Assembly: GCF_018977255.1 (NCBI RefSeq)
Contig: NW_024704743.1
Span: 45,262,001 to 45,326,000 of the forward strand
Direction: 5' to 3'
Source: Callorhinchus milii
Lineage: Eukaryota
DNA: 64,000 nt
Both the position numbers and the translations under genes were made by a program. Below are positions 37,409-49,285 of this stretch, one piece after another. Each line of letters starts with the position of its first letter. Within the stretch, counting starts at the first letter, position 1. The notes beneath the pieces are model-generated. The model saw only the letters and a program-made list of their open reading frames with translations. It did no database searches and was not told where the DNA came from.

Positions 37409-40400
37409 CCTTGCATTTGATATAGCGCTTTTCACATCTTCTCGACATCTCAAAGCGCTTAATCTGCACTTGAATCTCATCCCAATATGGTTCTCTAAAT
37501 TAAACCTTCTACCAATTCAAGTTTCCCTGCACAGAAAGCTTTGTTTGTAACTACAGTTTGGATTTTAGGTCAAGGGCAATAGCAGAAAGAATTTTTATAT
37601 TGAAACCCTATACATTTTATTCATGTTTGTGCAGTCAAAGCCATTTATCACCAATTAATCATTTTAACAAGCAATAACACCATATACATATCTGTTCAAC
37701 ATCAGGATTTATCACATGGCTTGACAACTTCCTACTCCACTGTCAGGGAAATCACAAAACAGCAGTTTGCAAACAATATTAACTACATTCACTAATAGAG
37801 AATCTCCAGATAAAACTGATCATTCACTTCATGGCTTTGGGACATTACTGTGCATAAAATTGGCTGTTATATTCACTTACAAATATGCAGTCACTACACT
37901 TTACAGTAAAGGTGTGGCCTGACCAGAGCATTGTATTCATCAAGTATGACTTCTGGGGACCTGAAATTAAATGATTTGGGCATTTTAGCATAGTGTTCTA
38001 TTTGCCTTGCTTAATAATAATAATAATAATGATGATAATAATCCTTGCATTTGATATAGCACCTTATCACATTGTTGAGATATCTCAAAGCATTTCACAG
38101 AATATATTGTAATGTGAATTCACTGTGTATTTTGTCGGGGAAACACGACAGCCAATTGTGCACAGCAGTGTTTATTGCTGCTTCACACATTATAACACTT
38201 CAGAGTATTTGTAGGCTTGACCAGAACTTTTACAAATTTGGCAATGGGTCAGTGTAAAGTGAATCACAAAGAATAGTGGATTATCCTTGCAAATCGATTC
38301 TATTGAGCTTGCGATTACTTAACCTATTTTATTCTTCTCCTATAATTGTTTTCTGCAAAGCTGTCCACTGTGATGCATTTGACTGATAAATTTGTTGTAG
38401 CAGCATAGGGCTTCTCTATGATGATAAGGAATGTTTAAAAATTGTGTCTGTTGGAATAGAGAATGGATAGCAGATTAAACACAAGCTGTTGTCAAATGCT
38501 TTAATCAGTTCAATGATCCGTATTCTCGTATGCAATTCACTAGAATGTTTTATGACCACGAACGGATGTGATTTTATTGAATGGTAACATTTCATCTTAT
38601 TGTTAAAAATTACCCTGGATTAGTTGTTAATCTCAATCAATAGGATGGCGGCATTGAACATCCTATTTACCTGTTTGGTAGAAAAGTGTTTGCTTGTCTG
38701 TTCTCTCATATAGTCAGAGCTCGCTTTCTGCTCTGTAATTCTCATCTTGTACTTGCTAGCAATTCTCATTGTAGGTTTGATAATCATCTTTGTACACTAC
38801 ATCACAGAGCTTTTCCTGAACTGGATTACATGACAGTGTTGCCCTCATCTCTGGATACTGGCTTTGTGGTAGGATCTTCTGCTGTAGACACTATCAAGTG
38901 CAAGATCCTACAATCTTCTCCATCTAATCCAAACAACTGAATAATGCCACTGAGAAATGCGCTGACTTTGCAGGACATTTCTCAGCATCATTTCACATAC
39001 GTTGCTGCCCCAAACTGTGACATCCCTGCTACGATATTTGTCTCCGTGTGAGGCCCGATGTTTCAAAAGAAACCAAAGTAGTGTCACAGGCCTGGAAAAG
39101 CATGGGTTTCTTTATCTCATGCTTGAAAATAGGCAGACTAAAATGCAAACACTGGCTGTTATTTTAACCTTCAGTGTAGAACTGTTTCAGCAGTTTTTTA
39201 CCACGAAAAAACAAATATGGGAAGAAAAGAAGCACTTTTTTTTATACGGAAAGTACTAACACTCTCAAATGGTTAAAGCCAATCTACATAGCATGGGAAA
39301 CATTCTCTGGGCTAGGATTCATCAAGGATATTGCTCATGTTGCTTCAAGGCATTGAATTGGGTGTTGACGGTGTAACGTCTGACCTCTGTGCTCTGGAGT
39401 GTTTTCTAGTTGCAATGGAGGACAAGCTCATTCTTTGCTGTAGAGGTGATGTCCCACAGGCTTTCTCTTTTGTCCACCCGTCTTGTGCTCCTTTGATGTA
39501 GGCCTCTCAGCTTTCAGTCATAAAGCTGTTTAATTTGTAAAGCTACATCTAATATTATACTGAACGGTTTAACTCAACATCAGCGAAACATTTATAATCA
39601 TAATAATCCTGGCATTTGACTTAGTGCCTTTCATGCTGAGAGGATGTCTCAAAGCGCTTACAGGATTTGTTGTGCTGTGATTGTATTTTGTAGGCAAATG
39701 CTACAGCCAATTGGCAGTGATGTCCCACAAACAGCCATGAAGTGAATGACCAATTTAATCTGGCAGAATTGTTGGCCAGTACACCAAAATACACAAAATA
39801 CCTAAATTCCCTTCTCTTGCCTGCAAAATCCCTCACTTCCCTTGCCCACTAAATTATGCTGTGATCAATTTTAAAGTATTTCTAAATGCTAATTTGCAAT
39901 TAAAAATGAATAGGGGCACATTCCGGTGACTAGAAGTACATCATCCATCACGCCAAGGCAGGGAAACCATGTTCCGAAAATAAATCAAGTAGGAGTAGCG
40001 TTTCTGCCAGTCGGCATCAGGGACATCGAAGTTTCTTAATTAAGAAATTCCATTAAGAGATACCACGATTATCTAGGCAGCGAATAGGCACATATTAATG
40101 GTGAGGTTGTGCTCAGACTCCTCCCTTGCTGAGATTAGCTAATTCAGCACAGAGCAGGGATCTTCTTGGTAATAATCATAATCATAATGTTTGCATTTGG
40201 TATAGCACCCTATCACATCATCGAGACATCTGAAATGCCTTTTAGTAAAGTGGTTTGACTGTGTATTTTGTGGGGGAAATGTGGCAGCCAGTTGCACGTA
40301 ACAGTTTCCCACAAACCGCCATGGAGTGAGTGAACAATTTTATTTGGGAGATTTTTGACCCGAACATCAAGAGAAAATCCCTTCTCTTTTCGAATTAGTG

Positions 40401-40520
40401 CCATGGGATCTTTAACGTCCAGACAGGCAGATGGGACCTCGGTTTAACGTCTCATTTGAAGAACTGCACCTCCGACAATGCAACACACCTTGAGCGCTGC
40501 TTTGTAGTGAAATTTTAGAG

Positions 40521-40885
40521 CAGGGGAGGTCTAACTGTTGGCAATTTAATACGCTCCCCGCCTCCACCCCTCTCCATATTATCTGCTCCTCCCTCCATAT
40601 CATCCACTCCTCCTTCCATATCAGCCGCCCCTCCCTCCATATCATCCGCCCCCCCATCCATATCATCTGCCCCTTCCTCCGTATCATCCGCCACCCCCCG
40701 TCCATATTACCTGCGCCACCACCCCTCCCAACTCCATATTATCGGGCCCACCCGCTCCCTCCATAATCTGTAAATATTATGTTATGTTTCTGGAAGGGAA
40801 ACACAAAAATATAGCTTACGTGGCTCATGGATGTTTCTCAAATAGGATGTCTGGCCCTAAGCAGCCAAAAGGTTGGACCACTCTG
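40521..40885. mobile_element. Non-autonomous hAT (Charlie-like) DNA transposon with internal minisatellite
   Basis: Imperfect TIRs CAGGGGAGGTCTAACTGTTGGC and GCCAAAAGGTTGGACCACTCTG. The 8-bp flanks TTTTAGAG and CTTTAGAC resemble the NTCTAGAN target. Confidence 0.7.
40560..40770. repeat. ~21-bp minisatellite (CCCTCCATATCATCCGCCCCC-like)
   Basis: About 9 degenerate units anchored on TCCATAT(C/T)A. Confidence 0.85.
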
Positions 40886-42291
40886 CTTTAGACAGTGGTT
40901 CCAAGTCCAACCTGGGGCTTGAACCCACAATCGTCTGACTCAGAGGTGAAAGTGCTGCTACTGAGCCAGGTGAACCAATTGTTTTTAATGCGATGTGTTT
41001 AGCTACTGAGAGGAACTATCCTCAATTATTATGTTCTTGTGCTTTTACAATTTATTTGGAATAAATGGAAATGTTTTAGATTAAACACTGTTGCTAAATA
41101 CAAGTTATATGCATTAAATACTATAAATACCCATTCATGTTTGACAAATGGGTTAAAAATCACTGCTATATGGAAATGAACTGTTGAAATAATAATAGTA
41201 CTAATAATAACAATCCTTGAATTTGATATAGCGCCTCATCATGTCATCAAGATGTCTCAAAGCCTTTTACAGGATATACTATAAAGTGGATTGACTGTGT
41301 ATTTTGTGGACGAAATAGAACAATTGAAGTAAATTGAACTCAAGAGGAGAATTGTAACCACATTTCTTTGCAGAGAATTACTGCAGGCAAATGGATGGTG
41401 GCATGTTCCTGTGGCAGCTCAGTCAATTAATCCTGAACAGAATGTATCTGAAATTTAACAGCTTGCTGGTAAGTAATGATGTTACAGTGAGATACACCTT
41501 ACATTCTGACAGATCCAAAGCAGACCTGCCATGTGGGTCTGCTTAAATATCTGTTTTTTAAGGAAACATGCTGATAATAAAACTGGTAAAGGTAAAGCAG
41601 AAACAGAGATAATAAGTAAGTGCAACAGTACAATCTAATATTTAATATCCACAACGCAGATATGCAGATTGAGTGTTTCTATTCATGATTTCCGGTTTGT
41701 AAATATCAGATTACGAGATCTGCAAAACAACGAGTCCAAAATCTCAAGGCAATAAAGTCTCTCCAAAAACGTTGGTGAATCTCACAATCTAATTTTCGTA
41801 AGCCTTAAGTCACAATTTAAAAAAAAATTCTGCACTGAACTGCTGATTGACATTACAATAGCAGGTAAGGCATCACATTGGAGATTCTATTGGAGATGGC
41901 CAGGGGTATTGGCAGAATGGAGCTGATAAAAGTAATTTGGCCCTGGCCAGCTCACCTTTGTGTTTAGTGTGACATTGATCAGTGAGCCCGTCAGTACATG
42001 AATGGATGTGGTATTAACTGTACAACCAAATCACCTAGAAATGGATGCAGTTCTGTGCTCAAAGATCTCCCTGTACCTTAGCCAAACTCACTTTAGTCAC
42101 CAACTCAAGTGTGTTATTTGTTACCTTTCAAGTAGCTACATATGATACACCTAGTTATTGCTTACTTCAGCTGGATTGGAGCAATGATGTAGAAGTAAAT
42201 ATAAATATTAAACCTAAAGCAAATATTCTCTGATTCATTCCCACTGGAATTCCTAACTGTTGTATATTTTATTGGTCTCATAATCACATAG

Positions 42292-42623
42292 TGGAGTCCT
42301 GTAGCTCAGTGGTTAGAGCACTCGCTTTGCAAGCGAGAGACCTGAGTTCAATTCCAGGCAGAGGGCGAAACCTTGGGCAAGTTTCCTTACTCCACACAGA
42401 GCCTAATAATAATCCCTCCAAAAAACCAAAAACAATAATAAAATTGGTCATTTTCAATCCACGGCTGTTTGTGGGACATTGCTGTGCGCAATTGGCTGCC
42501 GCGTTCGCCCACAAATATACAGTCAATTCACTTTACAGTGTGTTCTGTGAAGCGCTTTGGGACGTCCTCCCGACGTGAAAAGCGCTATATCAAATGCAAG
42601 GATTATTATTATTATTATTATTA
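42292..42623 (+). mobile_element. tRNA-Ala-derived CORE+Deu SINE, full length (CTCCC-loop subfamily)
   Basis: Head with D-arm GCTC/GAGC and anticodon arm CTCGC-TTTGCAA-GCGAG, Deu segment, stem-loop and (ATT)n. Confidence 0.94.
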
Positions 42624-44298
42624 TGGATGAGGATAGAGTGGTCGATGGTGTCGAAAGCAGCAGAGAGGTCAAGGAGGACAAGGAGGCAGAGGGAGCCCTG
42701 GTCGCAGATGGACAGAATGTCATTTGTCACTTTGACCAGGGCTGTTTCTGTGCTGTGGGTGGCACGGAAACCCGATTGGAGGGGTTCGAGAAGGGAGTGG
42801 CCAGAGAGGAAGGAATGAAGCTGAGAAGCAACAACTCATTCCAGGACCTTGGAGAGGAAGTGGAGGTTGGAGATGGGGTGGTAGTTTGGGAGTAGAGAAG
42901 GTCCAGGAAGGGATTTTTAAGGATAGAAGTGATGACTTCAGTTTTTAAAGGGGTGGGAACACTACCAGAGAACAGGGAGAGTTTAACAATGTTAGTGAGT
43001 AGAGGGGTAAGGAGGTGGAGCTGGGAGGTAAGGGGGGCGGCAGGAATGGGGTTGAGGAAGCAAGTGGTGGGTTTCATACGGGTTTTGAGAGAGGAGTGGG
43101 AGACAGGTTCAAAGGTGTGGAGGGAGGGATGGGTAGGGGCTGGGATGGGAAGGGGAGATGGGGAGAGGTAAGCAGTTGCAGTGGCAGAGGCAGCTGAGCG
43201 GATTCCTTCGATTTTGGATTTGAGGAAGTCCAGCATCGCCTCGCAGTTGGCATTTGAGGTGAGGATGGGTGAGGTGTGAGAGGGTGGGTGGAGAAGCTGG
43301 TTCATGATGGAGAAAAGGAGCCTGGGGTTGTCCTTAGCCTCCAAGATTGTCTTAGAGTAGAACGATGATTTAGCGGAGGCGAAGGTGGAGCGGTAGGATT
43401 TGATATGGTCCAGCCAGATCTGCAGATGGACAATTTGGTTTGATTTAAGCCAGGTGCGCTCAGCAGAACGTGCTTGGGCTTTAAGGGAGCTGTGGTGGCT
43501 GGTGTACCAAGGTGATTTGCGTGAATAGAAGATGATTCGGGAAGAGAGAGGAGCGAGGGAATCAAGAGTGGAGGAGAGGGAGCTGTGGAGAAGGGTGACC
43601 AAGGAGGATAGGTGATTGCGAGAGGAAGCCCAGAGAGGAAGGAGTTCAGATGACTCCAAGGCAGCGGAAGGAGAGGGGGGGAGCAGCTTTTTTTCCTGGG
43701 GCGATATGAGATGGAGGTGGGTTGGGTTGCGGTGGGGAGAGGGTTTGAGGAGTTAAGGGAGATGAAGTGATGGTCCGAGATCGCTTTGTCGATGATGGTG
43801 AGGTCCGAGACTGTGAGGCCCCGAGTGATTACCAGGTCAAGGGGGTGACCGCGGACGTGGGTGGTGGAGTGGAAGTGGAGGGAGAGATTGAAGGAGGAGA
43901 TAAGGGAGGAAAAGTCAGCAGGAGGGGGTGAAGTGAAGGTTGAAATTGCCAAGGATGAGGAGGGGTTCAGAGCAAAGGGAGAGGGAAGATAGGAGGGTGG
44001 AGATGTCAGGGATGAAGGTGTGGGAGGGCTTGGGGGGGCGGTAGATAAGGATTATTTTGGGACAGGTTGGAAGGGTGATAAAGGGTAAGGTGCTCAAAGG
44101 AGGGGAAAGTTCCAGAGGAGTAAGGGGATAGGCCGAGCGGGGATCGGGAGACGAAAGCAACCCCACCACCATGGCGGTTAGGTCGAGGGGTGTGATGGAA
44201 GATGTAGTCGGGTGGTGTGGCCTCAGTCAGGGGGAAGGTGTCGCCTGGATTGATTCGGTTTCAGTGAGGGTGAGAGTGTCGATGTGTTCATTGATGAT
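42624..44298 (-). mobile_element. L2 LINE ORF2 fragment (APE endonuclease to start of RT)
   Basis: Minus strand reads [69 protein letters not shown]; frameshifted. Confidence 0.93.
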
Positions 44299-44299
44299 G

Positions 44300-44474
44300 A
44301 CTACCCCTGGAAAGCGATCCGCCAATCGACTAACAACTGGGTTCCTACTTACTGCTAGGTATACAGAGGCGTGTGGAGTAAGGAAACTTGCCTAAGGTTT
44401 CGCCCTCCCCGGGAATGAAACCCAGGTCCTCTTGCTTGCGAGGCGAGTGCTTTAACCAATATACAACGGGACTC
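44300..44474 (-). mobile_element. CORE+Deu SINE long variant, 5' portion only
   Basis: tRNA-like head and full CORE-like segment (GCCTCTGTATACCTAGCAGTAAGTAGG), joined directly to L2 ORF2. Confidence 0.85.
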
Positions 44475-45839
44475 CAAAAATTTGAATATGCTCATCCTGC
44501 AGCCTCATAATAGAAACATTTTCTCATATAGCACAAAATCTCATTCAAAATGAATAATAATAATCCTTTCCTTTGGGAGGAAGTGAATCCTTTGTTTACA
44601 GATTTTTTTTAATAACAAAAAAAACAGATCATATAGTCTGGGGTTTGCTATTTTTTATATGTCCAGGAAAGACAATATTCTAGCAAAGACCTGCATACTC
44701 AGTTAATGGATAAAAACTCATTCCCAACAGGATGATTGCAAGCGATTGTCAGTCCTGAGATTCCATCTCCCAATGACATGGTTGGGAGTAGAAATGCTCT
44801 GTTGTACTGTAGTGAGTCACTTGTTTTTTCTCAAGTCTTAAAATAGAGGCCATCCTTCTTTGCTGCTTTGTTCAGCACAGTTTTGTATATAGACCATTGC
44901 GCCTGACGAGTCCAACCATTGTGTTTTATGTGACCTTCTATTGTTGAAGGGTTCTGAACGTTGAGTAAACTTTGTTGCAACATTCAGCTAATTACAATTT
45001 TTGAGAATAAGATAGGTACAGATCACCGAGGCCTTGCATTTTACACACTCCATTGATTTCAAAGACATAAAGGCTGTTGTTACCTTCTTTGTTTCGCAAT
45101 GGGACGGTTATTAACTGTGTTAGCTTGGTCAGCTCTGTGCTGAAGTTTGGAGAAAATCCCCGAACAGTGACAATCAATCTCTGTGGGAAACCCTATCCGG
45201 ATCAATGATCAACTTAAGGAATGTGCAGGACTGCATTTATAATAGCCTTAGTCTTCCAACTGCTAATGGTCCCTGTAATTAATAAATGAGCAGACATTTG
45301 TAAACATATAAAATGTAATGAGGTGAAAAAATCCTGGAGATAGATATTGCACATTCCCAACTGTCAGTTACCATTATGTTTCCCACTTTCTGATACTGAA
45401 ATATTGAGCATTCAATGTTTTGGAATAGCTAGTGATACTTTATTACTTAAATAAGAAGACCAAGTCCTTTTATAGAAGACATCTGAGGCTCAGAATTTCT
45501 CATGATCATAGCTTTGCCTTAAAATGTATCTTAAAAGTTAAGATTGTGCAGAATTTTGGAAAGTTACAAAAGTGTAGTCTTAATTTGGAAGCTGGTTTTC
45601 CACAGTTCTTTTTAGAGTTTGTGTTAGGATCCTGCTATAATGTCACATGTTATTAACATGAGCTCAGTGATGACTACAGAGCAGGCAGTGGGAATATACA
45701 CAGCACAGGCAAACTTTCAGGTTAAAAATAAAGCTAGAATCCTGCTTCAGAGCATGAATTTACTAATTGTTTTTTTTCAACTTATACTGGTCAGGGAGGC
45801 TTCCAAACACCCTTAATGGTTTGTGTTGGATGTCATTGT

Positions 45840-46265
45840 GCGCCAGCCTTGCTCAGTTGGTAGGACCCTTGCCTCTGAGTCACAAGGTTCTGGGTTTAAG
45901 CCCCACATCGGGACTTGGAACTCATATAGTCTAAACTAACACTACAATACAGGGGTATGCTGTATTGTTGGAGGTGCCGTCATTTGGATGAGACATTAAA
46001 TCGAGACCCTGTTCAGGTGAATGCAAAAGATCCCACAGCACTATTCAAAAAGGGAAGGGACCGTCTACCAATGTCCTGGCCACAATTTCCCCAAATAAAA
46101 TTGTCCATCCACTTCAATGGTTGTTTGTGGGACATTGCTGTAAGCAAATTGGCTAGTCATAAAACTCATAGTCACTCCACTTTACAATATATCCTCTGAA
46201 GCGCTTTGGGACGTCCAACTGACATTAAAGGCACTGTACCAAATGCAAGGATTACATTTTATTAT
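45840..46265 (+). mobile_element. Old Deu-domain SINE, near full length
   Basis: GCTCAGTTGGTAGGACCCTTGCCTCTGAGTCACAAGGTTCTGGGTTTAAGCCCCAC head, GGAGGTGCCGTC...AAAGATCCCA body, tail. Confidence 0.85.
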
Positions 46266-47294
46266 TATTTTCAAGCATTTTGAGATATTCTCCCAACATG
46301 AAAGGCACTATATAAATGTAACTTGCAAATTGTATTTTTTTAAATATGTTTTCTCAGAATTATTATCTTTCAAAATGGAAATAAGTAGATGGGGGATCAG
46401 ATGAGTGACCTGTAAAGCAGAATTAGCTTCTAAGGATTTTGTTGTGAATCTCTGAACTACGATATTCTAATTGTTAGCTATGTATTAGTAATAGGTCTTC
46501 TTGTTCTGAATTGTGTTCTTTGATATTCCTATCATGTGAACCATTTGCTCTTTATGAAAGTTACAGAATTCTGGGAAGAACAAAGAAATAGATAACCAAT
46601 GTAAATTTATTTTTTTGTAAGAGTGCATACATGAATTTGTTATGTTGTATAATTTGTGGTCTCAATTTATGCACTTAATGTATTTCTTTGGGCTGAATTA
46701 TGTGCTGGGAACTCATGCTTCATGTTCCAGCCATTTCTAACAGAATTGTGGCATTTCTTTTTGCAGACGATATTGTATTATTGGTGGACTCACTTGGGGA
46801 TATCGTACGCTACCCTCATCATCTTGAACACTGGGCCATCAGTTGGACATGATGGTGGGTGCTGACAAGTACGGTATCATGGCTCTCCACAGCTTGAAAC
46901 AGTCCTTGAAGGTAAAATAATCCTTGCATTTACGTTCCAATTGCATATGAATTGGAAGAATTGGATATATGTCCCAATTCTTGATTTGTATCAGTACCCA
47001 ATAGTTATAGTGGATGCCAGTTTTTGCTAGGACACTTTGAGACTGTTCTGAGAGGAGACGAGGGTCACTGGCCCTTCTCGTTTCTTTTCAGCATTAGCAA
47101 CGTCCCAATGCAGACTAAGCTTGTGGTAAAACAGTTCTCCTTCATTGATTTAAGTTTCCGGGCATGAGGAAGTTTTCAGCTCATTTGTTCAGTCCAGTGT
47201 CAAGCAATAAGCTAGAGCTGGGCGAGGATGGAGTGATAGACACATGGAGCGAAACCCAATGCATGGAAAATTCCTCTATCAAATATATCACTCC

Positions 47295-47695
47295 CTATCA
47301 CTGAATGGATCGATTTCAAGATCCTCACACTTGTTTTAAAATCCTTTCATGCACTGGCACCTCCCTACCTCTCCGACCAGCTAAACCCCCAACCCACTGC
47401 CTCCGCTCACCTGGCTCCGGCCTTCTGCATGTCCCTTGTGCCCTCCGTTCCATCATGGGTGGCTGCGCTTTCAGCCACTATGTCCTGAAACTTTGGAACA
47501 ATCTTCCTCTATCCCTCCGTCTTGCCTCTTCCTTCCCCATCTTCAGGTCACCCCTGAAGACCTTCCTCTTCAACCCGTGCCTAGGGTCACCACCCCTCCC
47601 CCCTTTACTTGGCGTCAAGCTCTGCCACTGTCAAGCGTGCTGGGATGTCACCCTGCATAAGGGGCGCTATATAAATGAAGATTATTGTTGTTGTA
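47295..47695 (+). mobile_element. L2 3' fragment
   Basis: IDFKILTL...LWNNLPLSLRL...LKTFLF, tail. Confidence 0.82.
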
Positions 47696-48194
47696 AGAAT
47701 TATTATTATTATAACTAGGTTTCTGTTAAGTGACAAACAGTGTAACATGTGCAGCAGGGCAGATTGAAGTTGGTCAAAGAGAGCAATGTGAGGATATGTG
47801 TGAATAAGCTTGACATTGAGCTGACCATTCACAAATTGCATGAACATAAATTAATAAATAGTTTTAAATGTCTGACTTATATAATCACACTGTAATAACA
47901 CTGAGACAGATGGGTCTGAGAGGCTTCAGAAAAGTAAAACATTTTCCAATTTACCACAGCCAACTTTATTTAAACTGTAATAGTGCACAGAGCAGCATTC
48001 CTACTGGAAATGGGAAAACTTCACCCACAGACTCAGAAAATGAAGTTCATCTCTGGGTTCTTGCAGCCACAGACTGTAATGAGTAACAGTTGATTGTTTA
48101 TTGATTGCTTACTAAAAGAAATTGAAATTGAGGGGTGTTATTATCAAATGCAAGGATTATACAATTGTAGCACCAACAAATCCTTTCCATTCCT

Positions 48195-48830
48195 CAATTG
48201 CTATCGGAGGTGCTGGCCTTCTGATGAGATGTTAAATTGATGCCTTGTCTGACTGTTCTTCAGACAGTCCTTTAGCTTAGTGGTTAGAGCACTCACCTTT
48301 CAAGCGAGAGGACCTGGTTTAGATTCCCGGGCAGGGCAAAATATTAGGCAAGTTTCTTTACTTTACACACCTCTGTTTACCTAGCAGTAAGTATGAACCT
48401 AGTTGTTAATCGATTGGCAGATTGCTTTTCCAGAGTTAATAATCACTTAAAATAATTATTCGATCACTCATCCTCGACTGTTTGTAGGGCACTGCTGTGC
48501 TGAATTGGCTGCCACGTTTCACCCACGAAATATACAATCAATTCACTTTACAGTATATTCTGTGAAGCGCTTTGAGACGCCTCAAAGACGTGATGAGGCG
48601 CTATATCAAATGCAAGAATAATTATTATATTATTATTCAGGTGGACATTAAAAATCCCTTGATATTCTTCCAAAAGAGAAGGGAGTTTCTCCGAGGTGTG
48701 CGGCCAACAATCTTCCAGATTACTTGATTATTGTTATTATTCGCCTCCTGGCTGTTTACACGCATAATTATTGTGAAGCACTTTCAGCCATTTGGACATT
48801 ATAGGCATTAAAAAATGCAAGTCCTTCTTT
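48195..48830 (+). mobile_element. Old Deu SINE hosting a nested long-variant CORE+Deu SINE (48264-48635)
   Basis: The host motif GTCTGACTGTTC...TTCAGGTGGACATTAAAAATCCC is split by the younger SINE. TTCAG occurs on both sides. Confidence 0.85.
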
Positions 48831-48949
48831 CTGCACTTTTTTCAGATCATTTACTGGGATGTGAAAATAGTTACATTAATAAAGCTCAAACCTAAAAATA
48901 GATCCATTCTGTAATATACCGCAAATAGACTTTTCATATTCCATACTTT

Positions 48950-49285
48950 TAATAATCCTTGCTTTTGATTTAGCATTTTATCACAGTGTCAAATTGTCTC
49001 AAAGCACTTCACAGGAATTACTGTGTAGTGCAGTGACTGTTTTTGTAGGAGAACGCAACAACCAATTTGTACACAGCAATGATGGACAAATAGCCATGAA
49101 GTGAATGATTTTATATCTGGGGGATTGTTGGCCAGGTCACAGAGAGAAACTTCCTTCTCTTTTTGAACAGTGGCATGGGATCTTCATCATCCACCTTAAC
49201 AGGCACAGTTGCCTGTTACTTAACTTGATTTAACATCTCATTCAAAGGATTGCACCTCTGGCAATGCAGTACACCCCCAGCACTG
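48950..49285 (-). mobile_element. Old Deu-domain SINE
   Basis: Reverse-complement tail, Deu segment and GTGGCATGGGATCTT. Confidence 0.75.

Larger units (their letters stand above)
40170..40970 (-). mobile_element. Old Deu-domain SINE split by a hAT-type insertion
   Basis: Tail and body at 40170-40520; head (CTTGAACCCACAATCGTCTGACTCAGAGG...CTGAGCCA) at 40894-40970. Confidence 0.82.

Noticed and set aside
40412..40705. 97-aa repetitive Trp/Arg-rich ORF
   Set aside because: It is the translation of the 21-bp minisatellite inside the hAT-type element.
42292..42368. Functional tRNA-Ala(TGC) genes at SINE heads (also 8451, 12159, 13740, 23936)
   Set aside because: Each is fused to a SINE body and tail, with imperfect acceptor and T stems. 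They are retroposon heads, not tRNA genes.
42727..43659. 310-aa ORF as a host gene
   Set aside because: It is the L2 ORF2 linker region (SPWYT, KPTTCFLNPIP), bounded by frameshifts.
7519..48635. Recurrent palindromic 36-nt motif (AGCGCTTT...AAAGCGCT) as a CRISPR-like array or recombination site
   Set aside because: The copies are dispersed in both orientations and always sit at SINE/L2 3' ends. There is no regular spacing and no cas gene.
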